64,000 nucleotides of DNA from Candidatus Poribacteria bacterium (lineage in GTDB: Bacteria; Poribacteria; WGA-4E; PCPOR2b): positions 992,001 through 1,056,000 of the forward strand of contig OZ240245.1 of NCBI GenBank assembly GCA_965198175.1, given 5' to 3'. The notes under the pieces were generated by a model. That model was not told the origin of the DNA and searched no databases. It saw only the letters and a list, made by a program, of their open reading frames with translations. How positions within the stretch are numbered: the first letter of the stretch is position 1; each line of letters begins with the position of its first letter. This document shows positions 1 to 9,848 of the stretch, one piece after another. Position numbers and translations under genes: made by a program.

Positions 1-1908
1 CGCCTAGCTCTTGATTCCGATGCGCGCAGTCGTCTTGCCGAAGCCGTTGAAACCGCAACACGCCAGAGCGGCGGCGTCGTAGCCATAAGAGATATGGAAG
101 AGAGGGATAAGAAGGATAGCCGACCGGCAAAGCGGCGGCGCAATACTTACCAAATTTTCAGCGAGCATTTTGCTTGTGTGCCCTGCGGGCTGAGCTTTCC
201 TGAACTTACTCCGCGCCACTTTTCATTTAACAGCCCTCTAGGACAGTGCAAACGGTGTGAAGGCATTGGCAGTATTATGTGGAGCGGAGGCGCCGTTTGT
301 AGGGAATGTAAAGGAACACGCATTGAGTCGCTTGCACGCGCTGTGACCGTGAACGGAAATACAATCGCAGAAATCACGGCGATGTTAATTCGAGATGCAA
401 TTAAATTCTTCCATCACTTAGATTTGCCTCCGCATCAGGAGGAAATCGCCCGTGAACTTCTCAGAGAAATTCAGAATCGACTTCAATTCCTTTCGGACAT
501 TGGGTTACACTATTTGACCTTAAGCCGCCCTGCACCTTCACTTTCAGGAGGGGAGATGCAGCGAATTCGTCTGGCAAGTCAACTCGGCAGCGGTTTGACA
601 GGGGTGATGTATATTCTTGATGAACCTACTATCGGGTTGCATCAGAAGGACAACGAACGGCTTTTGAACGCATTAAAACGCCTACGGGATTTGGGCAACA
701 GCGTACTCGTAATCGAACACGACTCGGAGACAATGTTAACATCAGATTACATTCTCGACTTTGGGCCGAACGCGGGTAAGTTGGGCGGCGAAATCGTCGC
801 TGTCGGATCGCCAACTGAAATTCAGGGCAACGAAAGATCGATTACAGGCCGGTATCTCATAGGAGCGCAAAAAATCGAGATCCCAACGAAAAGGCGCGCG
901 GGCAAAGGAGAGTGGATAGAGCTTTTCGATGTCCGAATCAACAACCTAAACGGCATTGATGTCAGAATTCCTCTGGGAACGCTCACATGTGTGACAGGGG
1001 TTTCTGGTTCAGGTAAGAGTTCTCTCGTCGAAGAAACGCTCTACCCTGCTCTCGCAGCTAGTTTGAATCGGACACGGATTGGGCAAGCTGGCAAGTACAA
1101 GCAGATTCGTGGCATGGATTATCTCGACAAGGTAATTCACATAGATCAGCAGCCAATTGGGGAGACTCCGCGATCAAACCCTGCCACATATACCGATCTT
1201 TTCACTAAAATCCGCTATCTGTTTGCCGATCTGCCTGATGCCAAAATACGCGGTTTTGGTTCACGTCGATTCAGTTTCAATCAGAAAAGTGGACAGTGTG
1301 AAACGTGTCACGGGCATGGCTATAACAAAATTGAGATGCACTTTCTCGCGGATGTCTGGGTGAAATGCGAAACGTGCGGTGCAACAGGCTATAATCACGA
1401 GACGCTTCAAGTCCGTTACAAGGGCAAAAACATCGCTGAAATCTTAGCAATGACGGTTAAAGAGGCGCTGGATCATTTCTACAACGTGCCGAGCATCCGA
1501 AAAGCTTTACAGATGTTGTTTGACGTAGGATTGGATTATATTGAACTGGGACAATCTGCAACAACACTTTCGGGCGGAGAATCGCAGCGTGTCAAGTTAG
1601 CGCGCGAGCTCGCAAAACGGAGCACTGGTAGAACCATCTATATCATGGACGAACCTACAACCGGTTTGCATTTCGATGACGTGCAGAAATTGCTAGTAGT
1701 GCTCAACCGACTTGTGGACAAAGGCAACACCATCATCGTGATTGAGCACAATCTGGACGTGATTAAGTGTGCGGATTGGGTTGTCGATCTCGGTCCCGAT
1801 GGGGGTGATGAAGGTGGGGAAGTAGTCGCTATGGGAACGCCGGAGGACGTGGTGTCGGTGGAGCGGTCACACACCGGGCGATTTTTGCAGAAGACCCTTC
1901 GCGGCTAA
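1..1908 (+). CDS. uvrA: Excinuclease ABC subunit A, 5'-truncated by window edge
   Basis: Frame is open from base 1 (RLALDSDARSRLAEAVETA). Contains FSFNSPxGxCxxC, LSGGEMQRIRLASQLGS, Walker A GVSGSGKSS and LSGGESQRVKLARELAK. Confidence 0.95.
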   Translation, partial: RLALDSDARSRLAEAVETATRQSGGVVAIRDMEERDKKDSRPAKRRRNTYQIFSEHFACVPCGLSFPELTPRHFSFNSPLGQCKRCEGIGSIMWSGGAVCRECKGTRIESLARAVTVNGNTIAEITAMLIRDAIKFFHHLDLPPHQEEIARELLREIQNRLQFLSDIGLHYLTLSRPAPSLSGGEMQRIRLASQLGSGLTGVMYILDEPTIGLHQKDNERLLNALKRLRDLGNSVLVIEHDSETMLTSDYILDFGPNAGKLGGEIVAVGSPTEIQGNERSITGRYLIGAQKIEIPTKRRAGKGEWIELFDVRINNLNGIDVRIPLGTLTCVTGVSGSGKSSLVEETLYPALAASLNRTRIGQAGKYKQIRGMDYLDKVIHIDQQPIGETPRSNPATYTDLFTKIRYLFADLPDAKIRGFGSRRFSFNQKSGQCETCHGHGYNKIEMHFLADVWVKCETCGATGYNHETLQVRYKGKNIAEILAMTVKEALDHFYNVPSIRKALQMLFDVGLDYIELGQSATTLSGGESQRVKLARELAKRSTGRTIYIMDEPTTGLHFDDVQKLLVVLNRLVDKGNTIIVIEHNLDVIKCADWVVDLGPDGGDEGGEVVAMGTPEDVVSVERSHTGRFLQKTLRG

Positions 1909-2210
1909 CACACAATCATTAAATGCAATGGAAAATCACGGCTCCAAATATCAAACTTGTCATCGCCAGCGGTGTAAGCTACCAATCTATCTGTCGATTA
2001 TCGCTTACCGGTCAGAGGACAAAAACTGACTCAATCACGGTTTGGCTGGGTCAAAAGGGCACAACATCGACTCATACTTGCTTACGTAAAGCCTTATTTG
2101 CCGATCGGTAAACGGAAGTATAAGCTGACGCCACTTTCTCACACCTACGGCTTGCAAAACTGCCTACCCCCTTATTGAAAACGACGGCAAATGAATAGCG
2201 TGGCTTTCCC

Positions 2211-2239
2211 TTGACAAAATTCCAATTATGCTTTATACT
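2211..2239 (+). promoter_or_regulatory. Sigma70-type promoter of the tRNA-serS unit
   Basis: TTGACA (2211-2216), 17-nt spacer, TATACT (2234-2239), about 30 nt before tRNA-Val. Confidence 0.8.
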
Positions 2240-2270
2240 TTTATTTAGCCAAAAAATGAAAATGAATTTT

Positions 2271-2347
2271 GGGCGGGTAGCTCAGTTGGCTAGAGTGACG
2301 GCCTTACAAGCCGTAGGTCACAGGTTCGAACCCTGTCCCGCCTACCA
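2271..2347 (+). tRNA. tRNA-Val (anticodon TAC)
   Basis: Cloverleaf with acceptor GGGCGGG/CCCGCCT, anticodon arm ACGGC-CT TAC AA-GCCGT, T loop TTCGAAC and encoded CCA. Confidence 0.97.
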
Positions 2348-2365
2348 ACCGGTAGTTTTCTTTTC

Positions 2366-2444
2366 GGGCTCGTGGTGTAGCTTGGCCTAACACATCTGCC
2401 TGTCACGCAGAAGATCGCGGGTTCAAATCCCGTCGAGCCCGCCA
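2366..2444 (+). tRNA. tRNA-Asp (anticodon GTC)
   Basis: Acceptor GGGCTCG/CGAGCCC, anticodon arm TCTGC-CT GTC AC-GCAGA, T loop TTCAAAT, G-CCA end. Confidence 0.97.
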
Positions 2445-2467
2445 GCTTATATTTCACGTCTTATCCT

Positions 2468-2503
2468 AACCACAGGCTGTCTTCGAGCAACCTGTGGTTT
2501 TTT
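2468..2503 (+). terminator. Intrinsic terminator after the tRNAs
   Basis: AACCACAGG...CCTGTGGTT stem running into a T tract. Confidence 0.7.
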
Positions 2504-2538
2504 CATACCTATAGATCTGGAGAGGATGGGGAACTTTC

Positions 2539-3828
2539 GTGTTAGATCTAAAATTTATTCGAGATAATCCCGACGCAGTACGAACGATACTAGAACAGCG
2601 TAAAATGGGCGCGCCGTTGGACCAACTCATCAACGCAGATCGCAAATGGCGTGAGCTGATGGGCGCGGCGGAGTCACTCAGAAGCTATCAAAATACAGTT
2701 TCTAAGAAAATCGCTGAACTCAAGAAAACAAAGCAAGATGCGTCCGAACAGATTGCTGAGATGAGGCAAGTGTCTCAGAAAATCAAGGAACTAAATGAAA
2801 GTGTGCAGGTTCATAAGAATGAAGTGGATGAGATTTTAATTAACATCCCAAACATCCCCCATTCAAGTACACCGGTCGGCAATAGTGAGGCGGATAATAT
2901 TGAGGTCACACGATGGGGTGACCTCCCAACTTTCGATTTTGAACCCAAGCCGCATTGGGAACTTGCAGAGGCGTTGGACATCATCGATTTTAGGCGTGGG
3001 GCAAAGGTTGCTGGCAGTAACTTCGTGCTGTTTAAGGGGCTAGGAGCTAAACTAGAGCGCGCCCTGATTAACTTCATGCTTGATCTGCACGTTTCTCAAC
3101 ACGGATATACCGAAGTCTCTCCGCCTTTTGTTGCTAACCGTCCTACAATGACTGGTACAGGACAGTTGCCTAAATTCGAGGAAGATATGTATCGGTGTGA
3201 TCGTGATGACGCGCATGAGAGTAGCGATCTCTTTCTCATTCCAACGGCTGAAGTCCCTGTCACAAACATTTTCGCCGGTGAATACTTGGATGGTAGAAAT
3301 CTCCCAATCAATTACACAGCATATACACCCTGTTTTCGTCGTGAGGCCGGTTCTTATGGTCGCGATACGCGAGGCTTAGTCCGTGTCCACCAATTTGATA
3401 AAGTCGAAATGGTAAAATTTACCCTCCCTGAGACATCCTACGACGAACACGAACTCTTGCTAACCAACGCTGAAGATGTTGCACAAGCCCTTGGACTGCC
3501 ATATCGTGTTGTCACGCTCTGTACGGCAGATCTTGGGTTTGCTGCTGCAAAATGCTACGACATTGAAGTTTGGGCCGCTGCAGAGGAGAAATTTCTAGAG
3601 GTTTCTTCGTGCAGTAACTTTGAGGATTTTCAGGCGCGTCGTGCAAATATTCGTTTTCGCCGTGAACCGGGCGCAAAACCAGAATTTGTTCATACACTTA
3701 ACGCTTCAGGACTTGCGTTGCCGCGAGTGGTTATCGCGATTCTTGAGAATTATCAACAAGCAGATGGGAGCATCTGCGTACCAGAAGTCCTTAAGCCTTA
3801 CATGGGTGGAGTCGGGAGGATTGGATGA
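2539..3828 (+). CDS. serS: Serine--tRNA ligase
   Basis: MLDLKFIR N-terminal coiled coil, [36 protein letters not shown] and HTLNASGLA. Confidence 0.98.
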   Translation: MLDLKFIRDNPDAVRTILEQRKMGAPLDQLINADRKWRELMGAAESLRSYQNTVSKKIAELKKTKQDASEQIAEMRQVSQKIKELNESVQVHKNEVDEILINIPNIPHSSTPVGNSEADNIEVTRWGDLPTFDFEPKPHWELAEALDIIDFRRGAKVAGSNFVLFKGLGAKLERALINFMLDLHVSQHGYTEVSPPFVANRPTMTGTGQLPKFEEDMYRCDRDDAHESSDLFLIPTAEVPVTNIFAGEYLDGRNLPINYTAYTPCFRREAGSYGRDTRGLVRVHQFDKVEMVKFTLPETSYDEHELLLTNAEDVAQALGLPYRVVTLCTADLGFAAAKCYDIEVWAAAEEKFLEVSSCSNFEDFQARRANIRFRREPGAKPEFVHTLNASGLALPRVVIAILENYQQADGSICVPEVLKPYMGGVGRIG

Positions 3829-4667
3829 ACGACAAAGGGTATGTTAATCCACAGTTGCTGATTTCAGCCGAGGCGTTGATTAGCAAACTTGATGATACAA
3901 GCATCTGCATTGTGGATACACGTCCGACACATGAATATGTCACAGGGCATATTCCAGATGCAATCCATTTAGATTTGTACGGGATTAGTCTAAATAATAC
4001 GAGCGAAGCCCCGTTTGCCGCCTTTATGTGGACGATCGCTCATCTCTTTGGTGCACGTGGGGTTGATTCCAGAAAAACGATTGTCTGGTATGAGAACATC
4101 TCAGGTATCCGCGCGGCGCGGGGATTCTGGTTCTGTGAGTATTTTGGACATGAGAGCGTTCGAGTGTTAGATGGTGGCTTCAATGCCTGGATCGCCGCAG
4201 AAGGGCCTGTGAGCATTGACACTACAACACCTCCTGACGTTCCTCCATTTCCAATCAACCCTCAAGGAGACACGCATATAGGAATGGAGGACATTCTCGC
4301 CCAGATGGATAAGGGCAATTTTGCTGTGCTTGATACCCGCAGTGACGATGAACACTATGGACGCATCGCTAGGGCTGCGCGTGGCGGTGCTATTCCTGGA
4401 TCGATTCACATCGAATGGCTAAACAATCTGGACAGGGATGGGGCATTTAGACCGGCGGACGAATTGCTAGCCATCTATCAAACCGAAGGCATTACGCCTG
4501 AAAAACGGGTGATGTGCTACTGACAGGGTGGTTACCGCTCTTCCCACGGCTATCTGGCGCTGAGATTATTGGGTTATCCGAAGGTCAGCAACTACATTGG
4601 GTCGTGGAAAGAGTGGGCGGATCGGCTGGATCTGCCGATCGAAATACCGAATCATCTTGATTCGTGA
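3825..4667 (+). CDS. Tandem-domain rhodanese/sulfurtransferase (SseA/TST-like), probable selenoprotein with UGA at 4521-4523; 280 aa with readthrough
   Basis: GHIPDA and GAIPGS rhodanese motifs. Reading through TGA gives [34 protein letters not shown], the active-site loop plus the C-terminal YxGSWxEW signature, ending at TGA 4665-4667. Confidence 0.85.
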
Positions 4668-4714
4668 AATTGTAAAGGCGATCGAAATCGATCAAGCTAC
4701 AGAGAAGGTGCACC

Positions 4715-5767
4715 ATGCCAATTTTCTCTGCAGAGACATTGACGCAGATATGCTTGAAGATTTTTCGTGCTGTCGGTGTGCCAGATGAAGAGTCTGAAGT
4801 GGTGACGCGTTCAATGATTGATGCCAATCTAACTGGACACCATTCGCATGGTGTCATTCACTTGCCGAAATATATTCAAGAAATAGAGGCGTCCTTAATC
4901 CAGCCAGGTGCAGCTATTGAGTTCAGACGAGAGTCCCCGTCGATGGCGGTTCTAAATGGAAACTGGGGCTTCGGCCCCGTTATCGCAACACATGCGGTGA
5001 AATTAGCTGTTCAAAAGGCAAAAAATAAGGACATCAGTTCTGTCGTCGCCTTCCGCTGCAATGAAATAGGTAGATTGGGAGGCTATGCTTTGAAAGCCGC
5101 GGAACAGCACATGATCTGTGTCTTGACTGTTAACGACCACGGCGGGGGTCCATGTGTAGCTCCATTTGGCGGCATTGAAGGCAGACTCTCGACCAATCCG
5201 ATTGCTTGTGCAATCCCTGTGGAAGGACGTGAGCCGATTATTTTGGATATGTCCACCAGTGTGGTCGCTTCGGGGAAAATAGGGCTGAGAAAGAACAGAC
5301 AAGAAACTGTTTCAGAAGGCTGGCTTATCAATGCCGAAGGAAATCCAACAATCAACACTGATGATTTATATGCGGCTCCCCCAGGCGCGTTGCTTCCTTT
5401 CGGGGGGATCGCCGCGCACAAGGGATTCGGGCTAAGCTTTGTCATCGACATTCTTTCGGGTGCATTGACCAGCGCAGGTTGCAGTCGCGATAGTGAGGCT
5501 AGAGTTGGCAACGGTTTGTTCGTCATGGCAATCAATATCGCGAGCTTTGTGGATGTATACGATTTCAACGAAGAGGTCAAGCGCTTTATCTCATATATCA
5601 AGTCTGCAAAGAAATCACCCGGTGTTGAGGAGATTCTCATCCCAGGCGAGCGCGGCTTTCGGGAGGAAAACAGACAACGTCAAGAAGGCATCTTTATTGA
5701 TGACAGCACGTGGGCGGCAATCCAAGCGGTTGCATCGAAATATCAGACTAGATTGGCACCCAAGTAA
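4715..5767 (+). CDS. Ldh_2 family (malate/L-lactate/L-sulfolactate dehydrogenase-like) oxidoreductase
   Basis: GHHSHG, STNPIA, LDMSTS and HKGFGL motifs. Confidence 0.88.
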   Translation: MPIFSAETLTQICLKIFRAVGVPDEESEVVTRSMIDANLTGHHSHGVIHLPKYIQEIEASLIQPGAAIEFRRESPSMAVLNGNWGFGPVIATHAVKLAVQKAKNKDISSVVAFRCNEIGRLGGYALKAAEQHMICVLTVNDHGGGPCVAPFGGIEGRLSTNPIACAIPVEGREPIILDMSTSVVASGKIGLRKNRQETVSEGWLINAEGNPTINTDDLYAAPPGALLPFGGIAAHKGFGLSFVIDILSGALTSAGCSRDSEARVGNGLFVMAINIASFVDVYDFNEEVKRFISYIKSAKKSPGVEEILIPGERGFREENRQRQEGIFIDDSTWAAIQAVASKYQTRLAPK

Positions 5768-5889
5768 GTTGCTCGGTCGGTAAGTCATTAATTCTAAGCG
5801 TCGCATATCACCTTCTGGGATTTGAGCATGATTGAAAGGTCCAACAATACCACTTATCACCTACCGTATCAGACGTAAGGGTGTGACTC

Positions 5890-7545
5890 ATGTCTTCTCG
5901 CTCACGAAGGGGATCTGGCAAGCACGGGCGTTGGTGGCTTCTTGCCATCGTCTTCGCGCTCACCGGTCTAGTCATTGTATTCATCTGGATCTCAGAGGCT
6001 TCGCACCGGCAAGAACAGGTCATGCAAACAGCTCTTGCTTTGTTCGTTTCGTTCTTGCTGATGTTGATTTGGCTACTATTTTTCTCGAGGCTGCGGTGGA
6101 AGATTCGGCTAATCTCTTTTGCGGCGATTGTCCTGATGCTTCTCTGCTCCACAAAGCTATTCCGTTTTAGAGGATTTAATGGGGACTTGGTGCCCTTATT
6201 GGAATGGCGCTGGAAGAAGAGTTCATCCGAGATGGTTTCTCCAAGCCCATCCTTCCCTGGTCCCCATTCGAGAGAAGGAGGAGGAACAGTTGAATCGTCA
6301 TCGGCTGAAGACTATCCGCAGTTTCTTGGGCCGAATCGTAATGCGGTTTTGCGCGGAATTCGATTAGCCCGGGATTGGTCGAAGCGCCCACCCCGGTTGA
6401 TATGGCGCCAACCTATCGGCGCCGGTTGGTCAGGTTTCGCTGTCCTTGGAGATTCTGCAGTCACGCAAGACCAGCATGGTGAGCAAGAAACGGTTGTCTG
6501 TTACGAGCTGAGGACCGGTAAAGTGAAGTGGCGCCATTATGATAGGGCCGAATACGAAACTGTACCCGCAGGAATTGGCCCCCGTGCAACACCCACAATT
6601 GTGAAAGACCGCGTCTATACCCTGGGAGGGACTGGAATCCTTAATTGCCTGGATTTCGCAACAGGTAGGCAGATTTGGTCTCAAGATATCGTCACGGATA
6701 AGGAAATGGCTGATTGGGGAATGAGTGGTTCACCCCTGGTTTTTGAGGGCCTCGTTGTGGTCAGTGCTGGAAGGATGAACGGCGGGTCTTTGGTTGCTTT
6801 CGACAGGCATACCGGGGAAGAGGTTTGGAGCGGCGGCAACGATCTAGCGGGGTATAGTTCCCCACTTCTTACAACACTTGCTGGTGTGCGCCAAATCCTC
6901 ATTTTCAATTATGGAAGCGTCTCGGCGCATCATCCAGCCACAGGGCAAATCCTATGGCGGCACCCCTGGCCGAGCAGTACTGAATGTGTTGCTCAACCTG
7001 TTCCACTTCCTGGGAACCGCGTATTTGTTTCGAGTGGTTACGGGATCGGCTGCAAGCTTTTTCAAATCCAGCGGGATGAGAAAAGCAACCCCGATGGAAT
7101 CGAAGATATAAGCAACTTGCGAGCATCTCTCGTTTGGGAGACCCCTCGGCTCAAAGCCAAGTTTACGAATGTTGTTTACCGGGATGGGTACATCTATGGA
7201 CTTGACGACGGTGTGCTCGTATGTTTGGATGTCGACAACGGTCAGCGCAAGTGGAAACGCGGACGGTACGGGCATGGCCAAGTGATATTGGTCGACGACC
7301 TGCTTCTCGTACAAACTGAATCTGGTGATGTTGTCCTGGTGGAAGCGAATCCAAACGCACATCACGAACTCACCCGCTTTCCCGCATTGGACAGCAAAAC
7401 GTGGAATAGCCCCGCACTCGCCGGTTCCTACCTGCTTGTGCGAAACGATCGCGAGGCTGCATGTTATGATCTCCCCTTGGAGTGGCTTTGGCATGATGAT
7501 AGCATCTCTCTGAAAAATGTAAAGAGCACCGAGTCCCCAAACTGA
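5890..7545 (+). CDS. Membrane-anchored PQQ-binding-like beta-propeller protein
   Basis: Three N-terminal hydrophobic helices, YPQFLGPNR, GPRATP, GYSSP, TWNSPALAG. Confidence 0.8.
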   Translation: MSSRSRRGSGKHGRWWLLAIVFALTGLVIVFIWISEASHRQEQVMQTALALFVSFLLMLIWLLFFSRLRWKIRLISFAAIVLMLLCSTKLFRFRGFNGDLVPLLEWRWKKSSSEMVSPSPSFPGPHSREGGGTVESSSAEDYPQFLGPNRNAVLRGIRLARDWSKRPPRLIWRQPIGAGWSGFAVLGDSAVTQDQHGEQETVVCYELRTGKVKWRHYDRAEYETVPAGIGPRATPTIVKDRVYTLGGTGILNCLDFATGRQIWSQDIVTDKEMADWGMSGSPLVFEGLVVVSAGRMNGGSLVAFDRHTGEEVWSGGNDLAGYSSPLLTTLAGVRQILIFNYGSVSAHHPATGQILWRHPWPSSTECVAQPVPLPGNRVFVSSGYGIGCKLFQIQRDEKSNPDGIEDISNLRASLVWETPRLKAKFTNVVYRDGYIYGLDDGVLVCLDVDNGQRKWKRGRYGHGQVILVDDLLLVQTESGDVVLVEANPNAHHELTRFPALDSKTWNSPALAGSYLLVRNDREAACYDLPLEWLWHDDSISLKNVKSTESPN

Positions 7546-7599
7546 CCGGCGCTCTTTTATAGGTTATTACGCCAAAGGGCAATTTACCTCGTGCGGCAA

Positions 7600-7770
7600 C
7601 TGCATCTCTCTTTGCTTCGTTGGGTTTGAGGCGAACTTCACTTACTCTAAAATTCCATCCGATAAAATCCTTTTCATCTAACCCAAAGTTTGCTTTCTAG
7701 GCTTTCCCGCTTTCAAGTATCTCAACGAATCCAAATCCTTTCGACCCACCCGCCGGTGTAGGTAGTAATG
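7600..7770 (-). pseudogene. Degraded RRM (RNP-1) RNA-binding protein remnant
   Basis: Minus frame reads GSKGFGFVEILESGKA*KANFGLDEKDFIGWNFRVSEVRLKPNE, an RNP1 motif plus RRM C-terminal half with an internal TAG at 7697-7699. No recognisable N-terminal half. Confidence 0.65.
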
Positions 7771-7859
7771 AAGGTTTCTCGCAGGGATACCCAGTAAGCT
7801 CTGCTGTCTCTGCATCTTCTGAAACCTGGAGGAAAGTCAAAGAAGATAGAGATTCCGGG

Positions 7860-7888
7860 TTGACAGGAAATAAAACAAATGATAGTAT
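7860..7888 (+). promoter_or_regulatory. Sigma70-type promoter upstream of the LamG pair
   Basis: TTGACA-N17-TAGTAT with an extended -10 TG. Confidence 0.6.
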
Positions 7889-8050
7889 AGACCATATAAT
7901 CCGATCTTTGGCAAGCAACAGGGGTGGTTTCAGAGTTTGATTGGACAAACCTCAGTTCATCGGCTGATCGGGAAGATGTAGTTTCAACAAACAAACCGAA
8001 GTTGTGTTCAACGCACGGACAAATTTTTATCCGTGAGGGAGGATTAAAAT

Positions 8051-8902
8051 ATGTTTCGCTGGCAGTATGTAATCGTGGCTTTTTGCTTGTGTATTGGTGC
8101 GAATGTCGCGTCGGCTGCGCTTTCCGATGGGCTTATCTCCGCATGGACATTTGACGACGGCACCACAAACGATAGAATTGACGGCAATGACGGCACGCTC
8201 ATGGGTGGTGCAGAAATTGTGGACGCCGATCACGCCGGGTTCGGCAAAGCCGTTAATTTGAACGGTACGGATGCATTCGTCGAGATTCCGCATAGCGCTT
8301 CGATGGATGCCATGGCTGACGGGTTAACCGCCGCCTGTTGGTTCTTTGTACGGGGCAACACGCAGGAGTTTCCGTCCTTCTTCTGGAAAGGACTGCAAGT
8401 TGGCTGGTCTCCCGGGTTCCTGTTTCAGCTCAGCATTCGCAACCCTGGCACCGCCATCATCCATTATGGTAGTTGTAATGACTCAACTGAAGGATGGTTC
8501 AATTCAAACGAGGGGGCGGTCGACGACGGTCAGTGGCACCACGTAGCGACCACCGCTGACGGGGAGTTTCTCAACGCCTATTTCGACGGTGAGCAGCGAA
8601 TCGAGTTACAGAGCAGTTTTACGGGCGGGAGTGCGCCGCTGGCGCTCGCCGGTCCGTACAACGTCTTCCCAGACCAGCCGATTCGGATCGGAATGAGTCA
8701 GGGACTTGGTGGGAACGCCGTCAACGATCCGGCGCCCCTTGAAAGAAAGGCGTACATCGACGGCATGGTTGACGAGGCGGTTATTTACTCTCGAGCCTTG
8801 TCGCCGGAAGAGATTAAACAACTCATGTCGAATTCGATTGCGACTGCGGTCGAGCCGACAGCCAAATTGGCTGCTATCTGGGCAAAACTAAAAACGCAAT
8901 AG
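8051..8902 (+). CDS. Secreted LamG/concanavalin A-like domain protein
   Basis: Signal peptide, LISAWTFDD, WHHVA, GMVDEAVIYSRALS, C-terminal AVEPTAKLAAIWAKLK. Confidence 0.85.
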   Translation: MFRWQYVIVAFCLCIGANVASAALSDGLISAWTFDDGTTNDRIDGNDGTLMGGAEIVDADHAGFGKAVNLNGTDAFVEIPHSASMDAMADGLTAACWFFVRGNTQEFPSFFWKGLQVGWSPGFLFQLSIRNPGTAIIHYGSCNDSTEGWFNSNEGAVDDGQWHHVATTADGEFLNAYFDGEQRIELQSSFTGGSAPLALAGPYNVFPDQPIRIGMSQGLGGNAVNDPAPLERKAYIDGMVDEAVIYSRALSPEEIKQLMSNSIATAVEPTAKLAAIWAKLKTQ

Positions 8903-8912
8903 ATGATGAACT

Positions 8913-8941
8913 GAAGCCCGATCATAGCTAAATCGGGCTTC
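8913..8941 (+). terminator. Intergenic stem-loop (terminator or mRNA-stabilising hairpin)
   Basis: Perfect 10-bp inverted repeat GAAGCCCGAT/ATCGGGCTTC with a T run shortly after. Confidence 0.55.
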
Positions 8942-8989
8942 CATTCAATTTTTTTCCAACTCTGTAGTCTACGTGCAGGGAGGTTTCGC

Positions 8990-9835
8990 ATGATACGCTG
9001 CCGATATATCCTTTACACAATGATTATATGCGTTGTTACGAGTGCCGCTTCAGCAGATTTGACGGATGGTTTAATTTCCGTCTGGACATTCGATAATAGA
9101 ACCGTGGAAGACAGCCGCGGATCGAATGACGGCGTCCTTCGAGGAGACGCCGGGTTTGCACCCGATAGAAACAAGGGAATGGCTTTAGATCTCAATGGAA
9201 AGGACGCTTTCGCAGAGATTCCGCATAGTGACTCGATGGAAGCCATGGCAGACGAGTTGACCGCCGCCTGCTGGTTCTTTGTGCGAGGCAATGCGCAGGA
9301 ATTTCCGTCTTTCTTCTGGAAGGGATTGGGAATGGGCTGGTCCCCCGGGTACCTATTTCAACTCAGCATTCGTAACCCCGACACTACCGTGATGCAGTAT
9401 GGAAGCTGTACCGAGGTTGGCGAAGGATGGTTTAATTATCGTGTAGATCCTGTTGATGACGGTACATGGCACCACACGGCGACTGTCGCAAACGGCGAGG
9501 AACTCAACGGTTATTTCGACGGTAAAGAAATGGTGCTGCTCAGCAGTTACACCGGGGGTAGGAAACCGCTAGCGCTCAAGGCTCCATACCGTGTCTTCCC
9601 AGACCAGCCAATTCGCATGGGAATGGGTCAAGGCATTGGTGGGAACCCCTTTATCGAACCCAAATTCCTTGAGAACAAGTCGTATATTGATGGCATGGTT
9701 GATGACGCTGTTATCTTCTCGCGGGCGCTATCGGAGGATGAGATTCAAGAACTCATGGAGACTGACCTGTCTGATCTCGCCGAGGTTGATCCACAGGGCA
9801 AACTTGCGACAACTTGGGCATCGCTTAAGCAGTGA
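8990..9835 (+). CDS. Secreted LamG domain protein, paralog of 8051-8902
   Basis: Shares LTAACWFFVRGN and QEFPSFFWKGL; C-terminal EVDPQGKLATTWASLKQ. Confidence 0.85.
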   Translation: MIRCRYILYTMIICVVTSAASADLTDGLISVWTFDNRTVEDSRGSNDGVLRGDAGFAPDRNKGMALDLNGKDAFAEIPHSDSMEAMADELTAACWFFVRGNAQEFPSFFWKGLGMGWSPGYLFQLSIRNPDTTVMQYGSCTEVGEGWFNYRVDPVDDGTWHHTATVANGEELNGYFDGKEMVLLSSYTGGRKPLALKAPYRVFPDQPIRMGMGQGIGGNPFIEPKFLENKSYIDGMVDDAVIFSRALSEDEIQELMETDLSDLAEVDPQGKLATTWASLKQ

Positions 9836-9848
9836 CCAGCTACCAGAA

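Noticed and set aside
1923..2111. 62-aa ORF after uvrA
   Set aside because: No SD or motif; probably spurious.
2271..2444. tRNA integration site for a genomic island
   Set aside because: No integrase and no duplicated tRNA 3' end were seen in the window.
4521..4523. Alternative genetic code (UGA = Trp or Gly)
   Set aside because: serS, mobA, minE and others end at TGA at their expected C-termini, and Trp is encoded by TGG.
5083..5640. Long antisense ORFs (also 6952-7494, 29246-29860, 50263-50784)
   Set aside because: Shadows of well-supported genes on the opposite strand.
7697..7699. Pyrrolysine readthrough of the TAG in the RRM remnant
   Set aside because: The position is non-catalytic, the surrounding sequence is degenerate and the N-terminus is missing.
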